A stretch of 36,536 nucleotides of DNA from an uncultured Bacilli bacterium (GCA_947628105.1 CANQYN010000001.1:1-36536), one strand, 5' to 3'; positions 9,527 to 18,837 are shown, counted from the first letter of the stretch. Numbers and translations: made by a program. Notes: generated from the letters alone by a model not told the origin.

Positions 9527-10324
9527 CTATTCGATTACTTTTCGTGATTCGATTTCCGCAATTTTTTCCAATACTTCTGCGGCATTTTCTTCTGTAACTT
9601 TAGTATAATTCAATTCTTTTAAAGCTTGTATTTTAAAGGAATTTAATTCTAATGTACGACTCATTTTTTCTTCCATTTTATGTTCGATTTGCTCGACAAA
9701 ACGTTTGTGAGATTCCGCAATTTTATTTTTGGAAACTCCTTGTTTTCCATTATACAATGTCATCGCTGAAAACATAATACTTTCAAAAATAAATTGAGCT
9801 TCTTCATCAAATACAAATTCTAATGGTTTTACAAAACCAGCAGCTTTTGCGACGTATGCTAAAATGTATTTTAATTCTTTTGAAGTTCCCATCGATTGTA
9901 AGAAATGATATAGGTATAAATAAGTATAGTATCCCTCTTCATTATCGTCATCATCTAATTCTTCTTTGATTAAATCGATAATATTTTGTAACAATTCTTT
10001 TTGTTTTGTTCCCATATTATTAAATAAAGAAGAAGCTTGAACGGCACTTTCTGATTTTTGTGTTTCGGCAAATAAAGTATTAATACGAGTTTCTACCTCA
10101 ATAATATAGTCAGTATCAATTTTTATTTGATCAATTTCTTCTCCCGATTTTATTCCTAGCAAATTAAATAATAATACTTTTTTATCTTTTGGCCATTTAT
10201 TAATATCATCTAATTCAAGATAATTATAAATCATTTGTCTTGATACACCTAAAAATTTTGCTAATTTTACCTTAGAAATGCCAAGTTCATGTAAGATATT
10301 ATTTAGTTTTTCCATTTCATACAT
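9527..10324 (-). CDS. XRE-family helix-turn-helix protein with a large C-terminal domain
   Basis: N-terminal HTH (LGISKVKLAKFLGVSRQMIYNYL). About 190 aa of additional helical sequence has no recognised motif. SD AGGAGGA. Confidence 0.75.
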   Translation of the reverse strand: MYEMEKLNNILHELGISKVKLAKFLGVSRQMIYNYLELDDINKWPKDKKVLLFNLLGIKSGEEIDQIKIDTDYIIEVETRINTLFAETQKSESAVQASSLFNNMGTKQKELLQNIIDLIKEELDDDDNEEGYYTYLYLYHFLQSMGTSKELKYILAYVAKAAGFVKPLEFVFDEEAQFIFESIMFSAMTLYNGKQGVSKNKIAESHKRFVEQIEHKMEEKMSRTLELNSFKIQALKELNYTKVTEENAAEVLEKIAEIESRKVIE

Positions 10325-10337
10325 TCCTCCTATAATA

Positions 10338-10365
10338 ATTTTACCATTCTCATGTCAATTGTCAA
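10338..10365 (-). promoter_or_regulatory. Sigma-A-type promoter of the HTH operon, with nearby ACTTGAC direct repeats
   Basis: Minus strand: TTGACA (10365-10360), 16-nt spacer, TGG-TAAAAT extended -10 (10343-10338). ACTTGAC occurs twice (10367-10361 and 10385-10379), plus an extra TTGACA at 10358-10353. Confidence 0.5.
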
Positions 10366-10390
10366 GTGTAAATTAATAGTCAAGTAAAAT

Positions 10391-10414
10391 CAAAAAAATT
10401 AGCAGACGCTAATT
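10391..10414 (-). terminator. Rho-independent terminator after mnmA
   Basis: Minus strand: AATTAGC pairs with GCTAATT (10414-10408 and 10403-10397), 4-nt loop, followed by TTTTTTT. Confidence 0.65.
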
Positions 10415-10415
10415 T

Positions 10416-11525
10416 TTATAAATACCATAATTTTTCTCCATTTTTAAATACTGTTTCAATAATTCCCCCACCAAGACATTGGTCTTTTTGATAAATGACA
10501 CAGGCTTGTCCTGGAGTAACTGCTTTCGCTTTATTATATTCTATTTTCGCTTTCCCATTTTCTAAGAAAGTAATTTTTACGGGAATATCTTTTGCTCTAT
10601 AACGAAATTTTGCACTACAATCTGATTTAAATTGTTCTTTTATATCAAGTAAATTTAAATCGCTAATAATGCAAGAAGTACTAAATAAATATTCATTATC
10701 CTCTCCATGAGCAACATATAAAATATTATTTTTCATATCTTTCCCAACAACAAATATTTTATCAGAATCTCCACCGATATTTAAGCCCTTTCGTTGTCCT
10801 ATTGTATAATACATTAATCCAACATGTTGTCCCAATTCTTTTTTCGTTTCAATATCGATAATTTTTCCAGGAATATTTGGTAAATAATTTGTTAAAAATT
10901 GAGAAAAATTTCTTTCTCCGATAAAACATATTCCCGTAGAATCTTTTTTACTTGCGGTTACAAATCCTTCTTTTTTGGCAATTTCGCGTATTTGAGTCTT
11001 TGTTAAATCCCCTACTGGAAATAAAACATTTTCAAATTGTTCTTGCGAAACTTGAGATAAAAAATAGGTTTGGTCTTTATTTTCATCAATTCCTCGTAAT
11101 AATTTTCCGTCTTTAAGTCTTGCGAAATGTCCTGTTGCAATAAAATCAGCGCCTAATTCTCTAGCTTTTTTGGCAAAAACATCAAATTTAATATATTTAT
11201 TACACATAATATCAGGATTGGGTGTTCTTCCTTTTTTTAATTCATCTAAAAAATACGTAAAAACATCATCCCAATATTCTTTAACAAAATCGACGCGGTG
11301 TAATTTAATCTGTAATTTCTCACAAACTTGTACGGCATCATTAAAATCTTGTTCTTGAGGACAAATCGTATCGTTTAAAGTGGGATTCCCTAATCGATCA
11401 TTATTGATGCTAGCATCCCAATTTCTCATAAACATTCCTTCTACCTCATATCCTTGTTTTTTTAATAAATAGGCAGCGACACTACTATCTACTCCCCCAC
11501 TGATTCCAACGATAACTTTCTTCAT
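10416..11525 (-). CDS. mnmA: tRNA-specific 2-thiouridylase (tRNA 2-thiouridine(34) synthase)
   Basis: PP-loop VIVGISGGVDSSVAAYLLKKQGYEV, conserved NPDIMCN and TGHFAR stretches. Typical 369-aa length. Confidence 0.95.
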   Translation of the reverse strand: MKKVIVGISGGVDSSVAAYLLKKQGYEVEGMFMRNWDASINNDRLGNPTLNDTICPQEQDFNDAVQVCEKLQIKLHRVDFVKEYWDDVFTYFLDELKKGRTPNPDIMCNKYIKFDVFAKKARELGADFIATGHFARLKDGKLLRGIDENKDQTYFLSQVSQEQFENVLFPVGDLTKTQIREIAKKEGFVTASKKDSTGICFIGERNFSQFLTNYLPNIPGKIIDIETKKELGQHVGLMYYTIGQRKGLNIGGDSDKIFVVGKDMKNNILYVAHGEDNEYLFSTSCIISDLNLLDIKEQFKSDCSAKFRYRAKDIPVKITFLENGKAKIEYNKAKAVTPGQACVIYQKDQCLGGGIIETVFKNGEKLWYL

Positions 11526-11589
11526 ACTGTTCCTTCTTTCAATTCCACTTTATTATAACATTCCTATCTTATCTTGTAAAACAAAAATA

Positions 11590-12216
11590 TTATTTCACAA
11601 GAAATAATATTTTTCCAATTAAAGTAGGTACCAAATATACTTCTAAGAAGCTATTAAGAACCATTGTTACGACAAGAAATAAAAAATAGAAAACATATCG
11701 TTTAAAATACCATTTTATGGGAAATTTTCGTTTTTGTAAAATAATTTCTAATAATTGAATAGAAAATAAAATCGCACAGATTAACAAAATGGTATAAAGA
11801 AGTAAATTAATAAGTCCAGGGATAATATAAATAACAGAAAATATTGTTCCTTTAAAACCATATTGTAAAACAAAAGAAGAAATAGAAAATCCTAAAATAA
11901 ATGATTTGGTAAAATAAATGAAAAGATTAATAATATTTCCAATCACAGTCATTCCTAAAATAAAAATTAGTAAAAGAAAGGCAAAATTTGATAAAATTGT
12001 ATTTTTTAATGCTTCTAAATAGTTTAGCTTGTCCTGGTCAATTCCTACTATAAATTTTTCGATATATTCCTTGACTAATCCTTGATCACTTTTATTGATA
12101 ATTGTTAAAAATATAGATCCAGATATTAGTCCAATGATAGAAATTCCTATCAAAAATAAAAATAAATTCTTGTTTTTTTTCGTTTTTTGCTTTAGCTTGT
12201 CCTTTATTTCTTTCAT
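11590..12216 (-). CDS. spoIIM: Stage II sporulation protein M-like integral membrane protein
   Basis: 208 aa. Short charged N-terminus, then a TM helix (LFLFLIGISIIGLISGSIFL), a soluble loop (EYIEKF...LNYLEALKN) and 4 more TM helices. Size and architecture match SpoIIM. Assignment is by pattern only. Confidence 0.55.
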   Translation of the reverse strand: MKEIKDKLKQKTKKNKNLFLFLIGISIIGLISGSIFLTIINKSDQGLVKEYIEKFIVGIDQDKLNYLEALKNTILSNFAFLLLIFILGMTVIGNIINLFIYFTKSFILGFSISSFVLQYGFKGTIFSVIYIIPGLINLLLYTILLICAILFSIQLLEIILQKRKFPIKWYFKRYVFYFLFLVVTMVLNSFLEVYLVPTLIGKILFLVK

Positions 12217-12306
12217 AATTCACCTCTAATAAAAAATATGAAAGAATAAAAAAAATATTCCTTTTTTTTAAAATTCGTTATATAATAATGGAAAGGATGT
12301 GAAACG

Positions 12307-12417
12307 ATGAAAAAAAAGAAAAAGAAAAAAGTAAATATTCAAGCAATTGTCGCAACGATTATATTAGTTGGTGTCGTTTGTAGTTACATAGCCTCTTTAT
12401 TTTTTATTCAAAGATGA
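12307..12417 (+). CDS. Possible 36-aa poly-Lys/TM micro-protein
   Basis: ATG at 12307 preceded by GGAAAGGATGTG. Translation is MKKKKKKKVNIQAIVATIILVGVVCSYIASLFFIQR. Not in the ORF track. Its 3' end overlaps the convergent gpr 3' end by 10 nt. Confidence 0.25.
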   Translation: MKKKKKKKVNIQAIVATIILVGVVCSYIASLFFIQR

Positions 12418-13439
12418 TTTACTTTTTTATGAAGAGCCCGATTGATACCATTTCCTAAAATATCGGCCAAATGTTCTAACTCGAAATCAAATTCTTTTGG
12501 AGTAACGATAAGATTATATCCAATAGGAGTTAAAACTTCAAATAATAATTGTTTTCTTTCTTCTTCGGATAATGTTCCTATTATCCCTAGAAGATTTTTT
12601 TTATCTTCTTGTAAAATTTCAACGTTTTCTTTTAAATAATTGATTTGACTGCTCATCGTTAATTTACTACTTGGTTTTTTATCATATTGTTTATGAAAAG
12701 CATAATGACGGTAAAGATATTTTATAGTATCTGATACGATAGTAAGAGCATCTACTACTGTCGGTACCCCAATAGCGATGACAGGAATACCGATGGTCTG
12801 AAAACTGATTTCTTTTCTTTTATTTCCTACTCCGCTTCCGGGATGAATTCCTGTATTTGATAATTGAATCGTTTTATTTAGACGATCTAACGATTGACTC
12901 GCAAGAGCATCGATAACAATTAAAAAATCTGGTTTAATTTCTTTTACAATTCCTAAAATAAATTGATTGGTTTCAATTCCTGTTACTCCTGTTACGTTAC
13001 TTTTAATCGCCGCAACAGGTCGAAATCCTTCTTCTGGTGTTCCATATTGAAATAAGTGATTTGTTACCAGTATATTTTCAATAGTAGCGGGTCCCAGTGC
13101 ATCAGGAGAAGATTTTTCATTTCCAAGGCCGATAACAAGACAGGAAGCGTCTTGTAAAATTCCTGTTTTTTCTAATAATTTTTTTAAATATTTACTAAAA
13201 ACTTCTTTTACTTTTTCTTTTAAATGATAATCTGTCACATCACTAAATTCAATTGTCGTATAAAATCCTTGTTTTTTTCCTATTTGTTCTTCTCCTTCTT
13301 TTAAAACTTCAACTTCTGTAATTTTAATTCCCTCTTCTTCTTGACATTGGGAAGAAATTCCCACTTGTTTTTCGGTTGTTAATTCGGTAATTAAATCTGT
13401 TCGCAAAGAGAAATTTTTTAAATCGATTGTATGTTCCAT
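12408..13439 (-). CDS. gpr: Germination protease (GPR endopeptidase, spore protease)
   Basis: GPR signatures CLVIGLGNEKSSPDALGP and LIVIDALASQS...TGIHPGSGVGNKR...GIPVIAIGVPTVVD. Lies next to rpsT as in Bacillus. SD AGGTGA. Confidence 0.9.
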   Translation of the reverse strand: MEHTIDLKNFSLRTDLITELTTEKQVGISSQCQEEEGIKITEVEVLKEGEEQIGKKQGFYTTIEFSDVTDYHLKEKVKEVFSKYLKKLLEKTGILQDASCLVIGLGNEKSSPDALGPATIENILVTNHLFQYGTPEEGFRPVAAIKSNVTGVTGIETNQFILGIVKEIKPDFLIVIDALASQSLDRLNKTIQLSNTGIHPGSGVGNKRKEISFQTIGIPVIAIGVPTVVDALTIVSDTIKYLYRHYAFHKQYDKKPSSKLTMSSQINYLKENVEILQEDKKNLLGIIGTLSEEERKQLLFEVLTPIGYNLIVTPKEFDFELEHLADILGNGINRALHKKVNHL

Positions 13440-13501
13440 ATGATCACCTAGTATTATTTTTTTATAAATTGCATAAATTTATAACAATCTTTTATATTTA
13501 T

Positions 13502-13530
13502 TTGCATTTTCTTTTAAAATTTGCTAAAAT
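13502..13530 (+). promoter_or_regulatory. Sigma-A-type promoter of rpsT
   Basis: TTGCAT (13502-13507), 17-nt spacer, TGC-TAAAAT extended -10 (13525-13530), about 30 nt upstream of the rpsT start. Confidence 0.55.
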
Positions 13531-13561
13531 ATATGAAGTTATATGACTTGGAGGTGAGAAA

Positions 13562-13825
13562 ATGCCAAATATTAAAAATGCGAAAAAAGCAGTAAACGTT
13601 CAAGCAAAGAAAAAAGAAATTAATAATGCCTACAAAGCAAGCATGAAAACAGCGATGAAAAACGTGGAAAAAGCAATTATTTCCAAGGATAAAAAGAAAG
13701 CAGAAGAAACTTTGAAAATTGCTATTCAAAGATTAGATAAAGCATATAAAGCAAAAGTAGTAACAGCGAACTTTGTTGCCCGTAATAAATCTAGATTGAC
13801 AAAAAAAGTAAATGAAATGAAGTAA
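13562..13825 (+). CDS. rpsT: 30S ribosomal protein S20
   Basis: MPNIKNAKKAVNV... N-terminus. Basic 87-aa helical protein. SD GGAGGTGA. Confidence 0.95.
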   Translation: MPNIKNAKKAVNVQAKKKEINNAYKASMKTAMKNVEKAIISKDKKKAEETLKIAIQRLDKAYKAKVVTANFVARNKSRLTKKVNEMK

Positions 13826-13841
13826 TTTACTTCTTTTTTTT
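13819..13841 (+). terminator. Rho-independent terminator after rpsT
   Basis: gaagta (13819-13824) pairs with tacttc (13828-13833), then an 8-T run. Confidence 0.6.
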
Positions 13842-13873
13842 AGGAGTTATGATATAATAAAATAGGTGATCAT

Positions 13874-14797
13874 ATGAAGAAGATGATTCATTTTATTCTT
13901 ATTTTATCTATTATTGGAATTATGTATCATTATCGAACTCCTATTTTTCATTTTGTCTATCGACATTTTATCATGGATAAAGAAATTGTAATACAAGATA
14001 GTAACGAATACATAAAATATGAAACCTTTTATTATGTACAAGATACAAATGATTTTGTTCCAAAACAAAAACAAGATTTAATGAATATTTTATATACTAT
14101 TATCAATCGTGGTTGGAAAGAATTTACCTTTTATTGTGATGATAATTACACTTCTTGTAAAGACGATATTACAAAGATGGCATCTGATCAAGAATTATTG
14201 AGTGATATTAATAATTTTGCCCATCCTTTTAATAGTTATCAATCAATCTCTGTCGGTGTCGATTATTTTGGAAAAATAACCATTAAAGTATCCCCTGTAT
14301 ATACGGAAGAAGAAATTAAAAAAATCAATCAAAAAGTTGATGAGCTTTATCCTAAATTAGTATTAGCTAACTTATCAAAAGAACAAAATATCAAACGAAT
14401 TCATAACTACATTATTAATCGTGTTAGATATGACGAACAAAAAACCGTTTATAAAGACGATAAAGGAAATATCAATTATACGAATAAAAGCAATACTGCT
14501 TATGGCCCTCTTTTTAATGGGAAGGCTCTATGTGGTGGATATACCGATTTAATGGCTATCTTTCTAACTAAAATGGGAATTCCAAATTTTAAAGTATCGA
14601 GCGAAAAACATATTTGGAATGCGGTTTATATCAATGGAAAGTGGAAACATTTGGATTTAACATGGGACGATCCAATTGTCAATACAGGAGAAGATATGTT
14701 AAACTATGATTTTTTCTTAATTGATACGAATCAGCTACATAAATTAGATCAAAAACAGCATAACTTTAATCAGAGAGTATATCAAGAATTACATTAA
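13874..14797 (+). CDS. Transglutaminase-like (cysteine protease fold) domain protein, membrane-anchored
   Basis: N-terminal TM helix. Transglutaminase core Cys-His-Asp pattern: ALCGGYTDLMAIFLTKMGIP...EKHIWNAVYINGKWKHLDLTWDDP. Confidence 0.78.
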   Translation: MKKMIHFILILSIIGIMYHYRTPIFHFVYRHFIMDKEIVIQDSNEYIKYETFYYVQDTNDFVPKQKQDLMNILYTIINRGWKEFTFYCDDNYTSCKDDITKMASDQELLSDINNFAHPFNSYQSISVGVDYFGKITIKVSPVYTEEEIKKINQKVDELYPKLVLANLSKEQNIKRIHNYIINRVRYDEQKTVYKDDKGNINYTNKSNTAYGPLFNGKALCGGYTDLMAIFLTKMGIPNFKVSSEKHIWNAVYINGKWKHLDLTWDDPIVNTGEDMLNYDFFLIDTNQLHKLDQKQHNFNQRVYQELH

Positions 14798-14825
14798 AAA
14801 ATCGTGAATTATTCACGATTTTTTA
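14797..14825. terminator. Bidirectional hairpin between convergent genes
   Basis: atcgtgaa (14801-14808) pairs with ttcacgat (14812-14819), extended by A/T runs on both sides. Overlaps the ylbL stop. Confidence 0.65.
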
Positions 14826-15798
14826 ATTTTTCAATAGCTTCTTTGATATTCTTGACAGATATAATATCGATTTTTAAATTTTTTTCTTTTTTCACTTTAA
14901 TGGCTTCTTGATAATTTTTTCCCGCTGGAACTAAAAAAATATTTGCTTTCTTTTTGACGGCTCCCATTAATTTATATTTTACTCCGGCAATTTCGCCAAT
15001 AGTACCATCTTTTTCGATTGTTCCCGTACCAGCAATCATATCGCCTTTTGTAAGATCTTCTTTTGTTAAATAATTATAAATCGTAAGAGTCATAATTAAT
15101 CCTCCGGATCCTCCTGATTCATTTTGATCCATTTTAATTTTAATTGGTGGTTTAGTATGAATTTGATACAAACTAGAAGTTAAAATACCGATTATTTTCA
15201 TTCCATCTTTTTCAATTATATAAGCATATCGTTTTTCTTTTTTTTCATGATTAATAACTTCTATATTGATTCTAGTGCCACTTGGATATTTTTTTATGAT
15301 ATTAGAAAAATCAAGTAATGATGATACTTTTTTATCCATTACTTTATAAATTCTATCCCCTACTTTTAAATTAGTATTGGCTTCTTGAAAAAGATAGGTG
15401 ACATAAATTTCTTGATTATCGATTTGAAGATATTTTTTTGCTTCTTGATATCCATGAATAATAGCATTTTGATTTCCTTCTTGAAGAGACATTTGATTTC
15501 GATATTCGGCTTCTTTTTCACTTTCTCCGTCCGCTACTACATCTTCTTTTTTTTGAAGATCCCAATCGGGATGAATACACGCAAATAAAAAAAGAGGAAT
15601 ATTTGCTTTAATACTACTGACATAAGCCATCTGAAAAGTTCCTCGTGGAACATATTTATCTTGAATATCAACTCGATTACTCGTATCAATTAATCCCCCT
15701 GGAGCTTCGATATAATATGGGATAGGAAAATAAAGAATGATAAAAGCGATTAAAAAAAGAAAAATTACCCACTTATTTTCATTGAACCATTTTTTCAT
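14809..15798 (-). CDS. ylbL: YlbL/SepM-type PDZ domain plus Lon-like S16 peptidase
   Basis: TM anchor, PDZ region (VGDRIYKVMDKKV), and Lon C-terminal-like domain (SGGSGGLIMTLTIYNYL...GTGTIEKDGTIGEIAGVKYKLMGA). Start set at ATG 15798 (MKKWFNENK) with GGGAGG 8 nt upstream. Confidence 0.85.
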   Translation of the reverse strand: MKKWFNENKWVIFLFLIAFIILYFPIPYYIEAPGGLIDTSNRVDIQDKYVPRGTFQMAYVSSIKANIPLFLFACIHPDWDLQKKEDVVADGESEKEAEYRNQMSLQEGNQNAIIHGYQEAKKYLQIDNQEIYVTYLFQEANTNLKVGDRIYKVMDKKVSSLLDFSNIIKKYPSGTRINIEVINHEKKEKRYAYIIEKDGMKIIGILTSSLYQIHTKPPIKIKMDQNESGGSGGLIMTLTIYNYLTKEDLTKGDMIAGTGTIEKDGTIGEIAGVKYKLMGAVKKKANIFLVPAGKNYQEAIKVKKEKNLKIDIISVKNIKEAIEKLKNRE

Positions 15799-15872
15799 CT
15801 TTACTACCTCCCTTGTAATTATATATGATAGAACAGAAATATTTATCATATAATTTAGAAAAGGAGCATTCT

Positions 15873-16823
15873 ATGAAAAAATATTTCAATCTAGTCATGA
15901 TTCTTTTTTTATTATTTTTGACATTTCAAATCTTAACCCTCTCTACCAATGTAATAGAATCGATAAGATTTTCTTTTTCGATTTGGAAAAATAATATTTT
16001 TCCTTCTTTATTTCCTTTTTTTGTACTATCTTCTCTATTAATTCATTATGGATTCATTGAATTTCTCAGCGAATTATTAAAACCATTTATGAGAATTTTT
16101 AAAATTTCTTCTCGCACTTCCTTCATATTATTTATGAGCATGATATCTGGTTTCCCTAGTTCTGCCAAATATACAAGAGAATTATATAAAGAAAATTTGT
16201 TGACAAAAGAAGAAGCTGAAAAAATATTAACATTTTCTCATTTTTCAAATCCCCTTTTCATTTTAGGAACAATTGGATTATTTTTAAATCAAAAAATTGC
16301 TCTTCTTATTTTATTCATTCATTATGGTACCAATTTTATAGTAGGAATTATCTTTCGAAATTTTTATCCTTCCGAAGAGGAACAAAATTATTTTTCTTTA
16401 AAAAACGCAATAACGATAATTCAAAAGAAAAAAAGAGAATCTTTTGGAAACATTTTAACAAAAGCTATTCTAGATAGTATCAATACATTACTGTTAATTT
16501 TAGGAACAATGTCTATTTTTTTAATAATTACTACAATTATCGATTATCATCTTGATATTCCTGCCTATTTTCAATGTATTATCGATGGTTTTTTAGAAAT
16601 GACACAAGGAATAAAATATACCGCCGATCTATCGATTGCTATAAAAATTAAAGCTGTATTGATGACGATGTATTTATCATTTGGAGGAATATCAGTCCAT
16701 ATGCAAACAATCAGTATCTTAAGTGATACTGATATTCGCTATTTCCCCTATTTTGTAGCACGTCTATTACATGCTGGTCTTTCCAGTTTTCTCGTTTATT
16801 TATGCTTTGACATTTTTATTTAA
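15873..16823 (+). CDS. ylbJ: Sporulation integral membrane protein YlbJ (nucleoside-recognition/Gate domains)
   Basis: Multi-pass membrane protein. MISGFPSSAKYTRELYKENLLTKEEAEKILTFSHFSNPLFILGTIG resembles the conserved YlbJ block. Divergent from ylbL, near-syntenic with Bacillus. Start at ATG 15873 with AAAGGAG. Confidence 0.72.
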   Translation: MKKYFNLVMILFLLFLTFQILTLSTNVIESIRFSFSIWKNNIFPSLFPFFVLSSLLIHYGFIEFLSELLKPFMRIFKISSRTSFILFMSMISGFPSSAKYTRELYKENLLTKEEAEKILTFSHFSNPLFILGTIGLFLNQKIALLILFIHYGTNFIVGIIFRNFYPSEEEQNYFSLKNAITIIQKKKRESFGNILTKAILDSINTLLLILGTMSIFLIITTIIDYHLDIPAYFQCIIDGFLEMTQGIKYTADLSIAIKIKAVLMTMYLSFGGISVHMQTISILSDTDIRYFPYFVARLLHAGLSSFLVYLCFDIFI

Positions 16824-18249
16824 GTTTATATGGATCGGCAGGAATTCCTGTTCCTGTAAAAGTAGCGGTACTCTTTAAAAATATAACAGGTTTTATTTTT
16901 AATGTATTGGTTGTAATAGCAGTAGGTGCAATTTTTCCTGTATTTTGAATACTCCATACTTGATTACTAGTACCTCCTACCCCAGTCAAAGTCCAATAGT
17001 TGAAATCAGCTTCGAACATATAATTATTTTTCATACATTCTGTCGTTTGAGAAGCAGATTTTATACTTTGACAAGCTTTATTAGTAGAAGCCATTACATA
17101 GTCACTTACCGTTGGTAATGCCACTGATTCATACATTCCGATAATCCCTAATTCATCTGCTATCAAACCTTGAATGGTATCGTTAGCATCAGGTTTTGAG
17201 CTACTGACAAATCCTAATAAATTAGTAAATGTTCCAATTCGATTCGATGTCATTTTCTTTTCCGCATACCAATCTTCTAATGTTGTTCGAATATTTTGTT
17301 TTTCTGTATTTTGCCAAACATTATTCGTTTTTCCCCAGACAGAAAGTTCTGGTGTAACATCGATATAACCTTGACGTCCTTCTTCAATTTCACAACTATC
17401 TCCATAGGCTTTTCCCTCATACAATAGTTTTACTACCTGTTTATTCGTAATTTGCATAATTCGATAACAATCTTCTTGAATAATGACATGATTATTAGGA
17501 TTTTCTCCTTTATAAACATATTGAGGTAATCGATTGACTTCGTTATTAGATAAAGTATAATACCAGTCTGGATCATATTTTACTTCATATAAGCCATCTG
17601 ATTCTGTACTGCCTTCAGGGACGATATCTTTCATTAAATCCATAACTGATGTAGAAGTAATAACAATTTCCGTTTCACTATCGATTAAATCTCTAAAACG
17701 ATCAGTAAATACTTGTCCGCTATCATTTAATTCATCAGGAACAGTATTATATTGAAGTGTTATATGAATTCCATAATCTCCTTTTGCTAGAGTATTAGTA
17801 ATAGGAATATCGATTTTTAAAACAGCATTATAAACTTCTGATTGTGAATTTAAATATGAATTTTTTATTTTAATATTTCCAATTGCGGAACCATCAGAAG
17901 TAGAACTAACAGTAATCTTATAATTATCATAGACAATTTGTTCTTCATATACAACTAATCGTTTTTGAATTAATTCATCTTCATTATCCGCAAAAGTAAT
18001 ATCGATGCATAACGTAGAATTTTCGACACTTCTCGTACAATTATCAAATTTAATAGCCCGATATTTTAATGTATCAGTATAAATTCGTCTCGTTAAATTA
18101 GCTTGTCTTGTTAGTAAATTTGTTTTAAACTTCGTCGTAATAAACATTTCTTTTAAGCCAAAAATTAACTGAAATAAAAGAAAAGAAATTGTCGATACCA
18201 AAGTAAACGTTACAATTAATTCCACTAATGTAAAACCGTTTTTTTTCAT
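16816..18249 (-). CDS. Large (477-aa) prepilin-type N-terminal cleavage/methylation domain protein (pseudopilin)
   Basis: MKKNG|FTLVELIVTFTLVSTISFLLF is a class III signal peptide with Glu at +5. Start at ATG 18249 with GGAGG 9 nt upstream. The long C-terminal globular region ends in ...NYWTLT...VWSI...IKPVIFLK.... Confidence 0.75.
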   Translation of the reverse strand: MKKNGFTLVELIVTFTLVSTISFLLFQLIFGLKEMFITTKFKTNLLTRQANLTRRIYTDTLKYRAIKFDNCTRSVENSTLCIDITFADNEDELIQKRLVVYEEQIVYDNYKITVSSTSDGSAIGNIKIKNSYLNSQSEVYNAVLKIDIPITNTLAKGDYGIHITLQYNTVPDELNDSGQVFTDRFRDLIDSETEIVITSTSVMDLMKDIVPEGSTESDGLYEVKYDPDWYYTLSNNEVNRLPQYVYKGENPNNHVIIQEDCYRIMQITNKQVVKLLYEGKAYGDSCEIEEGRQGYIDVTPELSVWGKTNNVWQNTEKQNIRTTLEDWYAEKKMTSNRIGTFTNLLGFVSSSKPDANDTIQGLIADELGIIGMYESVALPTVSDYVMASTNKACQSIKSASQTTECMKNNYMFEADFNYWTLTGVGGTSNQVWSIQNTGKIAPTAITTNTLKIKPVIFLKSTATFTGTGIPADPYKLK

Positions 18250-18265
18250 GAAAGAATAACCTCCT

Positions 18266-18790
18266 CTAGTATGAAAAATTGATAGCCGCAAAAAGAGTAT
18301 CATCATATTCGGCTAAAATTCGGTATCCCCCTGTATTATCACTTTTCGATGATAACGTTTTAATAAAATCATAAAATTTCGCATGAATTCTTGTTGGATT
18401 ATCTTTTACATATTTTTTAAAGGCTGTTTCTTGAGAAGCATTTAAAGCATTTTCTTTGACAATAAAAACATAATTTACTCCCATAAAATCAAATAATTTT
18501 TTACAATAATCACTATTTTGTACATATTCATCGGGGCAAGAGGTAAGATTAATATATTCTACTGTATCATTTTTTAATGCTGTAGTAATAGCAGAATAAT
18601 TGGTAGAAATTAAAAACTTATTGATATTTTTAGTATTATAAATAGCTGTAATATTATTGTATTTATAACTATTCTCATAACTTTTTTTCAATTTTGAAAA
18701 TTGAGAAAAAAGAAATACGATAATGGCAATAATAACAGTCGATACAATTAACGTTTCAATAAGTGTAAAGCCCTTCTTATCTTTTTTCAT
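18266..18790 (-). CDS. Prepilin-type N-terminal cleavage/methylation domain protein (174 aa)
   Basis: MKKDKKG|FTLIETLIVSTVIIAIIVFLF is a class III signal peptide with Glu at +5. Lies directly upstream of the large pseudopilin. Confidence 0.78.
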   Translation of the reverse strand: MKKDKKGFTLIETLIVSTVIIAIIVFLFSQFSKLKKSYENSYKYNNITAIYNTKNINKFLISTNYSAITTALKNDTVEYINLTSCPDEYVQNSDYCKKLFDFMGVNYVFIVKENALNASQETAFKKYVKDNPTRIHAKFYDFIKTLSSKSDNTGGYRILAEYDDTLFAAINFSY

Positions 18791-18808
18791 AAAAGTTACT
18801 CCTTTTTA

Positions 18809-18837
18809 TTGTATTTTTACTGTTATTATTATATAAT
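18809..18837 (+). promoter_or_regulatory. Sigma-A-type promoter of the secretion ATPase gene
   Basis: TTGTAT (18809-18814), 17-nt spacer, TATAAT (18832-18837), in the divergent intergenic region. Confidence 0.45.

Noticed and set aside
13514-13729. 71-aa minus-strand ORF overlapping rpsT
   Set aside because: It lies antisense to ribosomal protein S20 and has a Phe/Cys/Ile-rich nonsense composition.
15798-15873. Apparent overlap of the divergent ylbL and ylbJ ORFs in the track
   Set aside because: It is resolved by using the internal ATGs (15798 and 15873). Both have proper SDs and begin with typical MKK N-termini. The upstream extensions lack SDs.
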